A stretch of DNA of 64,000 nt from the human T2T-CHM13v2.0 reference genome, Homo sapiens. Positions 47,206-64,000 of the stretch are shown here, piece after piece. Made by a program: the position numbers and the translations under genes. Under the pieces are notes generated by a model. That model saw nothing but the letters and a program-made list of their open reading frames with translations, was not told the origin of the DNA and made no database searches. The stretch lies in assembly GCF_009914755.1 (NCBI RefSeq), contig NC_060931.1. One strand, given 5' to 3'. Each line of letters begins with the position of its first letter. Position 1 is the first letter of the stretch.

Positions 47206-47930
47206 TTAAAACATTTGAGTAAGTTAGCTCAGATACCTTTTTGATTTAGTTGGCAAGAAAACTGATCCTAGTTTTCTGACACTCCATAAACAGAGAAACC
47301 AGAGTTGTCTTTAATCTGTTTTTCACATTTTTTTTTAGCTGGTCACCAGGACTTGGTGGGCAAATAAGATCTCACCAGTGACTTGAACCACTTTAGCTGA
47401 GAAAATATTTAAAAAGCAATTCCCAGTCTTACTTGGAAAAAAAAAGTAAGCAAGCTTGTTCCCAGAACCCTGAAACTTAACTCATGGCTACCACTGATAA
47501 TTTCTTAGCTTTGGAAATCCATGAAAAGCATCTCCAGGGCCTTACCATTTTTCATAACCTTTATTTTAAAATCAGCTTCTTGTTGCTGATCACCTAGGCC
47601 CCTGCTGAATAAAAGTTGAACTAACTTAAAACAAAAGCATGCACGCAGAATGCATACTACTCTACCCTATTAGTGAAATGTCAAATTCTCCTGCTGCCTA
47701 TTTTCAAAACGTACCTTTTATCTCTGCCCTCATCATCCTCAAATAAAATCCTCATTAAAAAAAAATCTTTTGGCTCTCTCATGGCTCAGACTTGACATCA
47801 AAACCATAGACTAAAACGTAGGCGGGTTTTAATTTATTTTTTTAATTTCACCTTTTGTTAGCAGAAAACACACACAAACAGAAACTCCATTCTCAGCTGT
47901 GATCATAACAACAGTTCACTTTTTACCTGG

Positions 47931-48867
<937 letters not shown>

Positions 48868-50274
48868 CTTGTATAGCACCTTCTCTGTGGAGTTTCTCCA
48901 GCTTTCACATTGTGGGCAGAGCCTGACCTCACAGCCCTTGTGCATTTTGCAGCTCTTAGCACACTTTGTGGTGATTAATCTGTTCCCTCCCCTGGCTTCT
49001 CCATGAGAATGCGGAGACCTGAACTCTTTTACCTCCAGGATGTAGGTAAATATTCCATAAATGAATGAGTGACTGATGAATAGGCACTAATGGGATGGAA
49101 AAATTGTCCTGTCTCTGAAAAGTGGTGTCATAGCAGGACTTCTTTCCTTTGCCGCTGTCATTGGCAACAACAAAGGCTCTGCCCTCCCTGGTCCTTATCA
49201 CCTTCCATGTTGACAGGCTTGCAGGACAGCAGGTGGGGGTAAGGGCTGCCTTTTGAGGCCCACGCAGAGCCAGGTAATAGGTTTGCTGGTGGAGGAACAC
49301 ACTGCCCTGACCTCATTAGCTCTGAGCTCTGGCTGCAGGAAGTCATCCTTGCCTCACCTAATGGCCTTCCCTCATCTTCCTCTCAATGCACTCCCAGGGA
49401 GACCCTCCAAAGCCTGTGACATAAGCAATGAGAAGGGCACTGTGCCTTCACAGCTGCCATATGATTTACTTTGAAGCCCATAAGCTCCAGGATTGCAAAT
49501 TCCAATTCAAAAACAGCAGGAAAAATGATTAGAAAAGGACGCGCTGATGCTCCAGTTTAGAAAAGACATGTTCTCTCCTGATGCGCTGAGACATGCTAGT
49601 TCCTCTGTCTGCTGTCGTTGGCCCCACTTTTCTAGCTGATGAAAATCTGTTCTGCGTGGGCCCTTCAGGTGCTCGTGCATTCAGTCAATGAACACTGCCA
49701 AGCCCTGTAATGGGGCCAAGTCTATCTCATACATCACTCCTTTGAGGAAGCCTTCCCCAACTTCCTCAGTCTAAGTTGATTCAGGCATAGTACATTTCAT
49801 ATTTGTTTTAATATGCATTTGCTGCTTTGACTCTCCTGCCTCCATTGGGAAATGGTTGGGGAAACAACCATGAATGTCTGTATTTCCAGCACTGAGAATG
49901 TCATTCGGTGCACAGTAGAAATGTAGCAAATGAGAAAGTGGTGTTCAGAATCCCACATTAGCTGTAGAATCCCACTTTTCAAAACCAGAGATTTTTCAGA
50001 GATAAATATATTTTTTCGCTATGGGTTTTGAAGAAAATGCACATATTTCCTACTGTTTGTTCTTGACACTAATAATTGGGTTTTTTTATGAAGATCCCTG
50101 TCTTGCATCGATATTTAAGGTGCATCTCAAACTATCATCAGTGTTACTGGAGAATAACCCTGAGCAGATATCTACAAGTATTGGGTCCTAGAAAAGCAAT
50201 AAAAACACAAACAACAAAAGAAACATCACTTCCTGAGAATACTTAAGGTTCAAATCTGGAGTACACAAGAATTT

Positions 50275-50375
50275 CAGATAAAAGTCTACAAATTGGATGT
50301 AGCATATAGTGCTCGGGTGATGGGTGCACCAAAATCTCACAAATCACCACTAAAGAACTTACTCATGTAACCAAG
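50275..50375 (+). mobile_element. Short L1PB 3'UTR fragment
   Basis: gctcgggtgatgggtgcaccaaaatctcacaaatcaccactaaagaacttactcatgtaacc. Confidence 0.8.
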
Positions 50376-50989
50376 AATTTCAAGAATTTCAAGACACTAA
50401 AGACAAACCAATAGTTCTAAATTTGTGGTCAATTCATAGCTGATTGTTATGCTGGAATATCTTGTGTCCCAAGTTTATAAAAAGGACCATGGCGTTATTA
50501 GCCAAATGTCATAAGGCATTTGCACACATTATTAATTAACCTATGAGATGTAGCATGCCTAAGAAGGCCCGCCATAGGACATCAGCATCCTAAAATAGAG
50601 CAAAGAATTGGTAGCATCTTAGTTTATAAAGTCTCTTGTAGAAATAGGTATGTGCTCACCTATAAAATAAGCGGTTAGTAGGTCCCTTTATAAGTGGCAG
50701 CACTTTGTTGGTGATTCTATGGGGTAAATAGATGGGTTTTCCAAGGATATGGGGTTGAGGAAAAGAGAGAAGGATAGATGGATAGAGACAGAGAGGCAGA
50801 GAAAGAGGAGAGATAAGGAGAGAGACAGAGGAGAGAAGAGATTAAAATGTTTCTCCTCTTAGCTATAATCTTAAGGTTAACAAGAAGGACAAATAAGGTA
50901 CATTGGTACCCACAAAATGCAAAATAAGCATTGGATGATGCTGAAGGGCTTGCCTCACGTCTCCTACCTAGTTATAAACTTGCTATCTT

Positions 50990-53130
<2,141 letters not shown>

Positions 53131-53165
53131 TCATTAGGAATGAAGTGGGGGACAGCAAACTGTAG

Positions 53166-53456
<291 letters not shown>

Positions 53457-53499
53457 AACTGTAGTTTTAAAACTCCAAAAGACAGCTCTTGCTTATAGG

Positions 53500-53760
53500 G
53501 GAATGCCAAGGGGTCAGCCAGCCAACGTGGAAGGAATGCAGGAACAAGAAAATCACTATTTTATTACCTCCATAGTAAAGATAGGACCAGGCAAAAATCA
53601 TCAATGGGTATTATATCTGGTGGTGGCTGAATGGGGAGTTCTGATGAGAAGCATATTTACAGGATGTTAGAGTGTCTCTTCACAGGCTGCTTAGTAGAGA
53701 CAAGGGCAGCAAAAAGATATCACTTATATAGCAGAGGAATCGGATCATGTGTAATGTACA
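53500..53760 (+). mobile_element. L1MC4-like 3' fragment
   Basis: gtggaaggaatg...catagtaaagata...aaaatcatcaatgg. Confidence 0.55.
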
Positions 53761-53925
53761 TTTGAAGGATAATATGCAAGATTCAATGGTAACATGTGGA
53801 AATTAACTAGCCCTGGGCTGATACATAGTAGATGCTCAGGAAATGTAGAGATCATTAATGGCAACTGCATTAGTCAGGGTGTAGTTCGCAAAACAGAAGC
53901 CTCTTCAGGTAATAACAACAGAGAG

Positions 53926-54058
53926 GGCTGGGTGTGATGGCTCATGCCTGTAGTCTCAGCACTTTGAGAGGCCAAGGCAGGAAGATTGCTTGAGCTTAAG
54001 AGTTAGAGACCAGGCTGGGCAACATAGCGAAATTTGTCTCTATGAAATAAAAAGAATT
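53926..54058 (+). mobile_element. FLAM_C/AluJ left monomer
   Basis: Monomer sequence. Confidence 0.85.
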
Positions 54059-54154
54059 AACGAGGTGTAGCCCAGAGTTGGCACAGCAGCCTGTACCCTT
54101 GACCAAGCTCCACCAAACCAAGGGCTATGCATACAGAGGACAAGTAATTGAACT

Positions 54155-54453
<299 letters not shown>

Positions 54454-55290
54454 TTGAACCTTCTTTTTAAAGGAGCCACTGCTGGCAATAAATGCCTTGA
54501 AGATATGCATTCGTCTCTGTCTGAGTAGAAGTGAGCACGGTGTCTTGCAATTCCTCTTTACCCGCATGAGCAAATGGGTATTCAGCCCAGAAATGCAGCC
54601 CTCGCCTTGGGAAGCAGCCTGGGCTCATCTGGGACCTCAGGGACTCTTAAAAGTCTGAAGCATCAAACGACCCTATGAAGGGAACCTGCTGAGCCGGGGC
54701 TAGCACATACTCTTCCCTACTGGGCTCATTAGAGTGCCAGTTAGATGGAATATATTAGCACCTCTGAGAACCCTCTTCCTGTGCAATGACACAGTGAGAA
54801 AAATGTCTTGTCTCCTACTCCCAACATGTGTGCTAGTGTGGCAGGGGCAGGAAGGGAAGGAGGGGCTTTTGCTTCTGTTCATGGAAAAGATGAAGGATGC
54901 TTTCCATGCCCTTCTTTCTAGCAGTGCAAGAGAGTAAGAGACCACCAGGAAGGGTGGACAGCAGGTGCATACAAAGCTACCCAGCCCTGCCCCTAGCTCA
55001 GGACTCACCTCACCCCCAGAGAATATCATCACAGGAGCAAGAGGGTAAAGTTGTGAGATTTAAGGTTTTTAGGCCCAGAGGAGCACCAACTATTAGTCTT
55101 GCTTGATTTAGGAAACTTGGCTGGAAATCTTGGCTCTATCCATTTTTTTTTTTTTGGTTGTTGTTGTTGTTAAATAACTTTGAGGCCCATAAGCTGAATC
55201 TTTTTGAGTCTCCATGTTCTTCTCTGCAAAATGCCATTCCTTGCACCATCATTGGGAAGACTGAATAAATAGGACACCAGAAATGTGTAA

Positions 55291-55722
<432 letters not shown>

Positions 55723-57089
55723 TGATGCTGATTTCTATAGTCATTTTGGAAAAGGCAAAGGAAATACCTCCTGCACTTTAATTCTATAAATGGAGGCATC
55801 TGAGCATGAGAAAATGGGTGGACAGTGCTCTTGGGATGTCATTGGAATGACAGGTTCCCCCTGCCTCTCTTCTTCTCACTCAGCAAAACATTGCTTTGTT
55901 TACAGTAAAAGTCTGGGGAGTGGACACTTTATTTGTCCAGCATGCGGTGACTGAGAATGAAGCCCTCCTGCCCTGGAGGGATGTTGACTGACAGCTGCAT
56001 CCTCCAGCCAGATTTATCTCCCTGCCCCTGTCTGCCTGTCTGGCTAGTCCCTGCCCCTCTGTCCCTGCAACACAGCCCTCTGTCCACCAGTCTCCATGAC
56101 AGCAGCTTCTGAGAGTAATGGGAGGTGCCATAGGGAGATGAGGGTCACATAATATGTTGAGACCCCTTTTAAGGCTGCCGATTTATCACTTTTGGAGAAG
56201 CAATGCGATAATTGCTGAGCCATAGCCAGACATTTCTAGTGGGTGGGTGGAGAGCCCTCTCCTGCTCCGCTCATGCCAATCTACCTATAACACAAAGACC
56301 TGGGTGGATCTTAGAATCTAAAGTACTAACTCAAGGGGTGTGAAACAGAGAACTGGGTTTTCATCCCTTCAACCAGGCTGGCCTGTCCAACCACAAGGAC
56401 TCTCATAGGAACTTTCTCATAGCAACTCTGAGGCCAGTTTATATTCTTAATTATGCAGCTTGAAGGCCAACCCTGACCACATTCACTGGGCGTTGGGAGT
56501 AGAAACATCCTTCTTTGCCAGCAAAGGTCTATTTGAATTTTCAACCTATGACACTTCAACCCTTGTGTGTGCTTGTTTTGTTTTACAGCAATTTTGGAGC
56601 TCCAAGAACAGATGCTCAAGATGACATCTCTACTCGGAATGGTGGCTTTGCAAACTGATGTGAATGTACTTGGCAGTCATCTTGAGATGCTGACGTTACA
56701 AATCTGCCCTTCCAATCATCTGAACTCAATGTGATACCTTTTGGCCCAGTTCAGCAAACACTGTGAATGCATATGCTTGTAGAGCAAAGAGTCTACCCAG
56801 CTTAAGTCAAAAGTAGATCAAAAGAACAAGAGGTTTGTATTAAGAGTTGGACCCAGATTTATTTTCTGAACATGATTATTCTCAATTTCTAACCTTGTCT
56901 AATGCTATTGGAATCTACATTTCTACATGGCATTCTCTCTGCTTTCATAGACTAATTTATCCTAGGAATCTTTTTAATCATGTTGCCCACAAGAAATATG
57001 TGCAATTCTCTTTTCATTAAAAATAATTGAGATCTACCTTTGTGTGAATGCTCATGTTCCATCCTTTGGTATAGAAATAGTGTTATCTA

Positions 57090-58030
57090 TTTCTGTCTCA
57101 TTTTTTGGTAGAAGAGACAGAAAAAGCAAATAAATGATGACTGTGCATTATGATACATACGATATGGGAACAAGCAAAGGGCCATGAGCACCCCAAAAAA
57201 GGGAGATTTAAAATCTGCATGGGTAATCGGGGCAGCCTTCAGAGAGGTGGTGGCATTTGAACTGGGTCTCGTGTGAAGAATACAGAGAAGAACATTAGGT
57301 AAGGAAGAAATCAAATACAAGAGAAAAAGGAGCAAAGGATATAAATAAAAAATTGACAGAAGAAATGTAAAAAGCCAAGGAGCATATGATGTTCAAAATA
57401 ATGGTAATTAATTCCCCTCGGAATGGAAAATTTAGAAAGCTGGATATTGCCAAGTGTTTCTGAAATGTGAAGATATAGATGTTGGTGCAGCCATTCTGGA
57501 GAGCAATCTGTCGATATTTAGCCAAATTAGGTACACCCATGCTCTCTGCCCCACATTTAAGCTTCTGAGCGTCTATCTTCCAGGGAAATTCTCATAGAGC
57601 TCAATGCTGCATTATTCAAGGTGGCTGGGGAGTTGAAGGTAACCTCTGGCACAGATGATAGTGTGCAATGAACTGAAACTGAGATTAACATAACTCTAAG
57701 ACTAAGACTATAAAAAGAGAGAGAGAAAATAGAGACTGAAATGGGCAGAGACATTGAAAAGGCAGTGAAGCTTGGGAGAGAAGATGTATGCTTTTCTGAA
57801 TATCAGAAATGTTCATACTTCTGTTTCATTGGATGTTTTGGAAAGCAATGGAAAGACCTGGGTAGGTAGGTTGGGGAGAGAATATAAAGGGCCTTATAAG
57901 TCATGTTAAAGGGATTGATGCTTTATTTATAGTTAGGGGGCAGCCAACCAGAGTTTACAGAGTGGACAGTGACATGACTGTGTTTGGGTTTTTAAGTAAA
58001 TCACTCAAGCAGCAGCTTGAATTAAGGACT
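57090..58030. mobile_element. Mixed L2 and L1ME fragments
   Basis: ccttcagagaggtggtggcatttgaactggg (L2); ttggtgcagccattctggagagcaatctg (L1). Confidence 0.55.
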
Positions 58031-58617
58031 GGAAAAAGATGCTACATATCATGGCACCAAGGGCTACAGGAATCCTAGTAACAGTAGGGAAGTGTTCATC
58101 TTTAGCTGTATTTTCTCTTCCATGGATAAGTAAAATGGAGCATGAACAGTGTCCCCAAGGTGCCTAAGGCTCCATTTCTATCAGTTTTCCAGGGGCATCT
58201 CTTATCCCTTCTCTAAGAGCCATGGAACTATCCCTGAAGCTTTCTCTAAACTCTGGCCAAGCTCCATTTCATCAACTTCTTTGAATTGGATCCATGCAGG
58301 CAGGGTCCAGAGGGTGACCCACTAATGAGGCTTGGTTTCTCCCTTTCAGACTTAAAAGATTCTTCCTCCAATTCGCATTTGCTCTGGTTCACATCCTAAT
58401 TCTTTCCCTAGGAAGTAGAAGGCAAACAATGATGACTTATCTTGGTAGCATCTAAATGATGACTTACCTTGGTAGCATCTAAAGACTTCTAAGGAAAGTC
58501 TTGGGGTTTAATGTTAGAAAATTAATCAATGTGATTCACCATATTAAACACTTAAAAAGAAAAGCCATACAAATATTTCAGTGGATACAGGAGAAACGAT
58601 TGTTAAAGTCCAACATC

Positions 58618-59173
58618 TGTTACCCAGTATAAAGCCTACATGACCTACCTGACTTTCTCCCCTACCTTAACCCTGCTTATCTTTAAGAAACAGAATGCTG
58701 GCATCTTAAGGTCAGGAGTTCTCCCTCATGACCAAACTGGCTGAAACTGGTAGCACCCAAGATGGCAGCTCACTTGCCCTCTGAAGAATTTCTAACTTCA
58801 CTATAAGATTTCCATGCTTAATGGCACTCACTCCAGTGCCATGACAGTCACCATAACAATGATTAGAAGAAATCATAAAAAGATAAAAAGGAAGGCAGCA
58901 CTCCAATTCCAAGTTCTCCATCCATTCCCAGAAAATACATGACTAATCTTCCCCTTGCTTTTTATGTCCAACCCTTTCATTAAAGATGCCTTATATCTAC
59001 AGCTTCTTGGTTGTCACAAACCGAGAAGTTGATTTGTGAGCCACACTCCTCAATTCCACAGCCATTGAATAAAACCTGCAACCCTTGATGCTTACTTCAT
59101 TTCCATATATTGGCTTCATGACATCAAACAGGGAAAGACCCCGTCTTCTGGGGGACAGGCTTTGTTGATAACA
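58618..59173 (+). mobile_element. ERV1 MER4-group solo LTR (MER66-like)
   Basis: tgtta...AATAAA...taaca with TSD catc. Confidence 0.65.
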
Positions 59174-59249
59174 CATCCATTGCAGATAAGAACTCTCAGC
59201 AACTTGGGAATGAAAGGGAACCTCCTCAGTCTGATAAAGGCATCTGAAC

Positions 59250-59649
59250 TACCATGGCTTGAACGCGTACCCTCCAAAATTTAGTTGTTAAACCTTAATG
59301 GCCACTGTGATGGTATTAAGAGGCGGAGCTGTAAGAGGTGGTTAGGTATAAAGGCACCCCTGTCATGATTGGGATTAAGGTCCCATAAACGAGAATTAAT
59401 GGAGCATTTGGGTTCTCTTGCCCTTCCTCCTTGCATCATATGAGGACACAGTGTTTCTTCCCTATGGAGGATGCATTGTTCAAAGCACAATCTTGGAAGC
59501 ATAGACCAGACCCACACTAGACAAACGAATCTATCAGCATCTTGATCTTGGACTTCCTAGTCTCCAGAACTGTGCAAAATCAATTTCTGCTCTTTATAAA
59601 TTACCCAGTCCATGGTATTTTGTTGTAGCTGCACAAATGGACTGAGACA
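59250..59649 (+). mobile_element. MST (C/D-like) MaLR LTR
   Basis: cttgatcttggacttcctagtctccagaactgtg...aaattacccagtc...ggactgagaca. Confidence 0.8.
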
Positions 59650-60375
59650 GAAATAAAACCTGTGCCTAACATAATTCTTAACAGTGAAAGGTTGAATGCT
59701 TTTCCCATAACACTAGTAGCAAGACAGAGATAGCAACTCTCATTAGAAGTTCCAGCAGTGCAATCAGGTTAAAAAAGAAAAAAGAAAAGAAACAAACAAA
59801 AAGAAGTACAATTGTCTTTATTACAGATGACATGATTGATTATGTAGAAAGTAAGATGAAATCTCCACAAACCTACTAGAACTAATAATAAGTGGGTTTA
59901 GCTTGGTTGCAGGAAACAAAAACAATATACAAAAAGCAATCATAATTTTATATACTATAATCAAATAGTGGAAACAAAATTAATTTTTAAAAACTGTTTA
60001 CTAAGCATCAAAAAAATGAAATACTTAGAGAAAATATGACCAAGAAAGATCCGTATGCCAAACAAAACAAAACATTATTGAGAGAAAACAAAGGCTTAAA
60101 TGTATAGAGAAATATGTTGTGTTGATGGATCAGAAGACTAAATACTGTTAAGATGTTAATTCTCCCCAAATTGATCTAAACATTCAATAAAATCTTAATG
60201 GAATCCCTGTGAGCTTTTTTGTAGAAATTCACAAACTGATTCTAAAATTTATATGAAAATGTGAAGCACTTGAAGAAGCCAAACAACTTTGAAAAAGAAC
60301 AACAAAGCTGGAAGACTAATGTTATTTTATTTAAATACTTATTTTAAAACTACAGCAAACCAAACAGTGTAGTAC

Positions 60376-61431
<1,056 letters not shown>

Positions 61432-61585
61432 GTCTTGATGTCAAATTAGACAAATAGACCAACACAATAGGGCTTCCAAAAATAGACCCGCACATACATG
61501 GACAACACATTTTATTTAAAAAAGTGAAATTCAACTCAAAGGAGGAGTGATAGCCTTTTCAAGAACTGATGCCAGAACAAGTCAA

Positions 61586-61589
<4 letters not shown>

Positions 61590-61622
<33 letters not shown>
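61590..61622. repeat. (CA)n microsatellite
   Basis: Direct reading. Confidence 0.95.
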
Positions 61623-61625
<3 letters not shown>

Positions 61626-61776
61626 CTTCTATCCATACCTCGCACCCTATAGAAAAATTAACTGAAAATAAATTGTAAAATTGACTGTCAAATCTACAAC
61701 CATAAAACACCTCAAATAAAATATAGAAGAAAATCATTGTGTATGTGGATTGCCCAGAAAATTATGAACTATGATA

Positions 61777-61857
61777 TTAGGTTGGTGCACAAGTTATTGC
61801 AGTTTTTGCCATTTGCTTTTAATGGCAAAAGCCACAATTACTTGTGCACCAACTTAA
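61777..61857. mobile_element. MADE1 (Hsmar1-derived MITE)
   Basis: ttaggttggtgc...tttgccatt...aatggcaaaa...gcaccaacttaa, flanked by TA. Confidence 0.93.
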
Positions 61858-62324
61858 TACCACAAGCACTACCATAAAAGAATGCATTCATAAATTAGGG
61901 ATCATCATATTGCCTAATTATGTGCTGCCTCAAACCAGTGACAGAAAGCAGAAAAGTAGTTGCCTGGGGTAGGGTGGATGGGGAGAAAATACAAAGGAAC
62001 ATACCAAAAAAAATCTTAGGGATGATGGATGATCTTGCTTCTGATTATTATTTCACAGGAGTATTCCTATGTCAAAACTGATGAAATTGTACACTTCAAA
62101 CATTGGAAAGTTACTATATGTTAGTTGTACCTCAATAAAGATGTTCAAAATAAATACTAAAAATTTTAAAAATGGAAAAGTAACAGAGACTTCAGGGAAA
62201 AACAGGGGATGCTGGGTAATAAAAACCAAAGAGAAACTAGTATCTCAGCAGGGAGAGAGGGGTCAGGAGTTGGCACGCTGAGGTTGTGTCACATGAGGAA
62301 AGACAAGGTCCACATGTGTAAAAT

Positions 62325-63155
<831 letters not shown>

Positions 63156-63267
63156 AAAGGAAGCCAATGAGCGTATCTCTCTCATAGGGCTGTTGTGAGA
63201 ATTAACTTGGTCTCTATGTAAAATGCAATGATTGTAATAAGCAAGAAAAAAATGTTAGTTACTAGGA

Positions 63268-63683
63268 TTGAGAAGAGAGAAATCGCCCAGAGTATTATGA
63301 GCCAGGTGAGGTATGCAAAATTTACCAGGTCCAGAGAGACAAGAGTATGAAATTTCGGTCATTCCCCGTGCCTGAGGGCAATTGTTTAAAGTGATTTTGT
63401 TCCTAACTAGCTGACTGACCTGTTATCTTCCTGTTTCTGAAATTTGTGATACAAAGAACAATGTTATAGCTTATGTATTTTAAATGTAAATTATTGGTAA
63501 ACAATGTAGAAATTGCCTCTTCTTTTTCTTTAAAAATTCACTTGCAACAGTTGCTAATCAGAGTGTATAATTCAGGTCAACTTGAATCTATGTTCCCCAG
63601 TTGCAATCCTCAAGCTTGCCCCAAATAAACTCTCTACTTATATTAATTTTGCCTCAGTTTTTTTTTTTCCTTTAAGGTTGACA
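63268..63683 (+). mobile_element. Solo LTR (LTR47-like)
   Basis: tgagaagagagaaat...gtgaggtatgcaaaattt...ccaaataaactctctac...ggttgaca. Confidence 0.6.
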
Positions 63684-63787
63684 ATTTAAATGAAAGGTCT
63701 AGGTTAATTCCATAGTAGTATGGGACACAGAATTACTTTCAGCTGGGAAGAAGGTGGAAATCAAGGCTGGCTTCCTGGGGGTGGTGC

Positions 63788-64000
63788 TGTCCAAGGTGTT
63801 TGAACCAGAGCAACTCCATCTTGAATAGGGGCTGGTAGAAATAAGGCTGAGACCTACTGGGCTGCATTCCTAGGAGGTTAGGCATTCTAGTCACAGAATG
63901 AGATAGGAGGTCAGCACAAAATACAGGTCACAAAGACCTTACTGATGAAACAGGATGCAATAAAAAAAGCTACCCAAAGTCCACCAAAACCAAGATGGTG
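63788..64000 (+). mobile_element. MER41B-like LTR (5' part; runs off window)
   Basis: tttgaaccagagcaactccatcttgaatagggg...caccaaaaccaagatgg. Confidence 0.88.

Overview
Primate (human-like) non-coding genomic DNA with no recognisable protein-coding exon, RNA gene or CpG island. Every ORF in the track is explained by Alu/L1/LTR sequence, simple repeats or chance. Much of the window is interspersed repeat: about 43 Alu/FLAM pieces (dense over 0-31 kb, nearly absent over 31.3-41 kb), old L1M/L1MC and L1PB/L1PA fragments, L2/MIR, about 20 LTR elements (LTR2B, LTR7, PABL_A, LTR9, THE1, MST, MLT1/2, MER4, MER21, MER41, MER50, MER76-like) and DNA transposons (Tigger3, MER2, Tigger4b, MER5A1, MADE1). 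The structure that repeat annotation does not explain is a set of locally generated inverted duplications of different ages. These are a ~480-500 bp-arm inverted repeat of mostly unique DNA (35248-35726 / 36122-36618, ~87% identity), a ~390 bp-arm inverted repeat crossing an LTR boundary (23699-24089 / 25127-25514, ~80%), a near-perfect 84-bp palindrome inside a PABL_A LTR (43311-43394), and an Alu carrying inverted templated inserts (11977-12156). In both large repeats the arm mismatches are mostly transitions and are skewed toward G-U pairs in a + strand transcript (hand counts). This makes the locus a candidate long-hairpin RNA/dsRNA source, which is inference and needs RNA data. Repeat subfamily names are from recall of consensus sequences, boundaries are approximate unless a TSD is given, and I could not identify the chromosomal locus.
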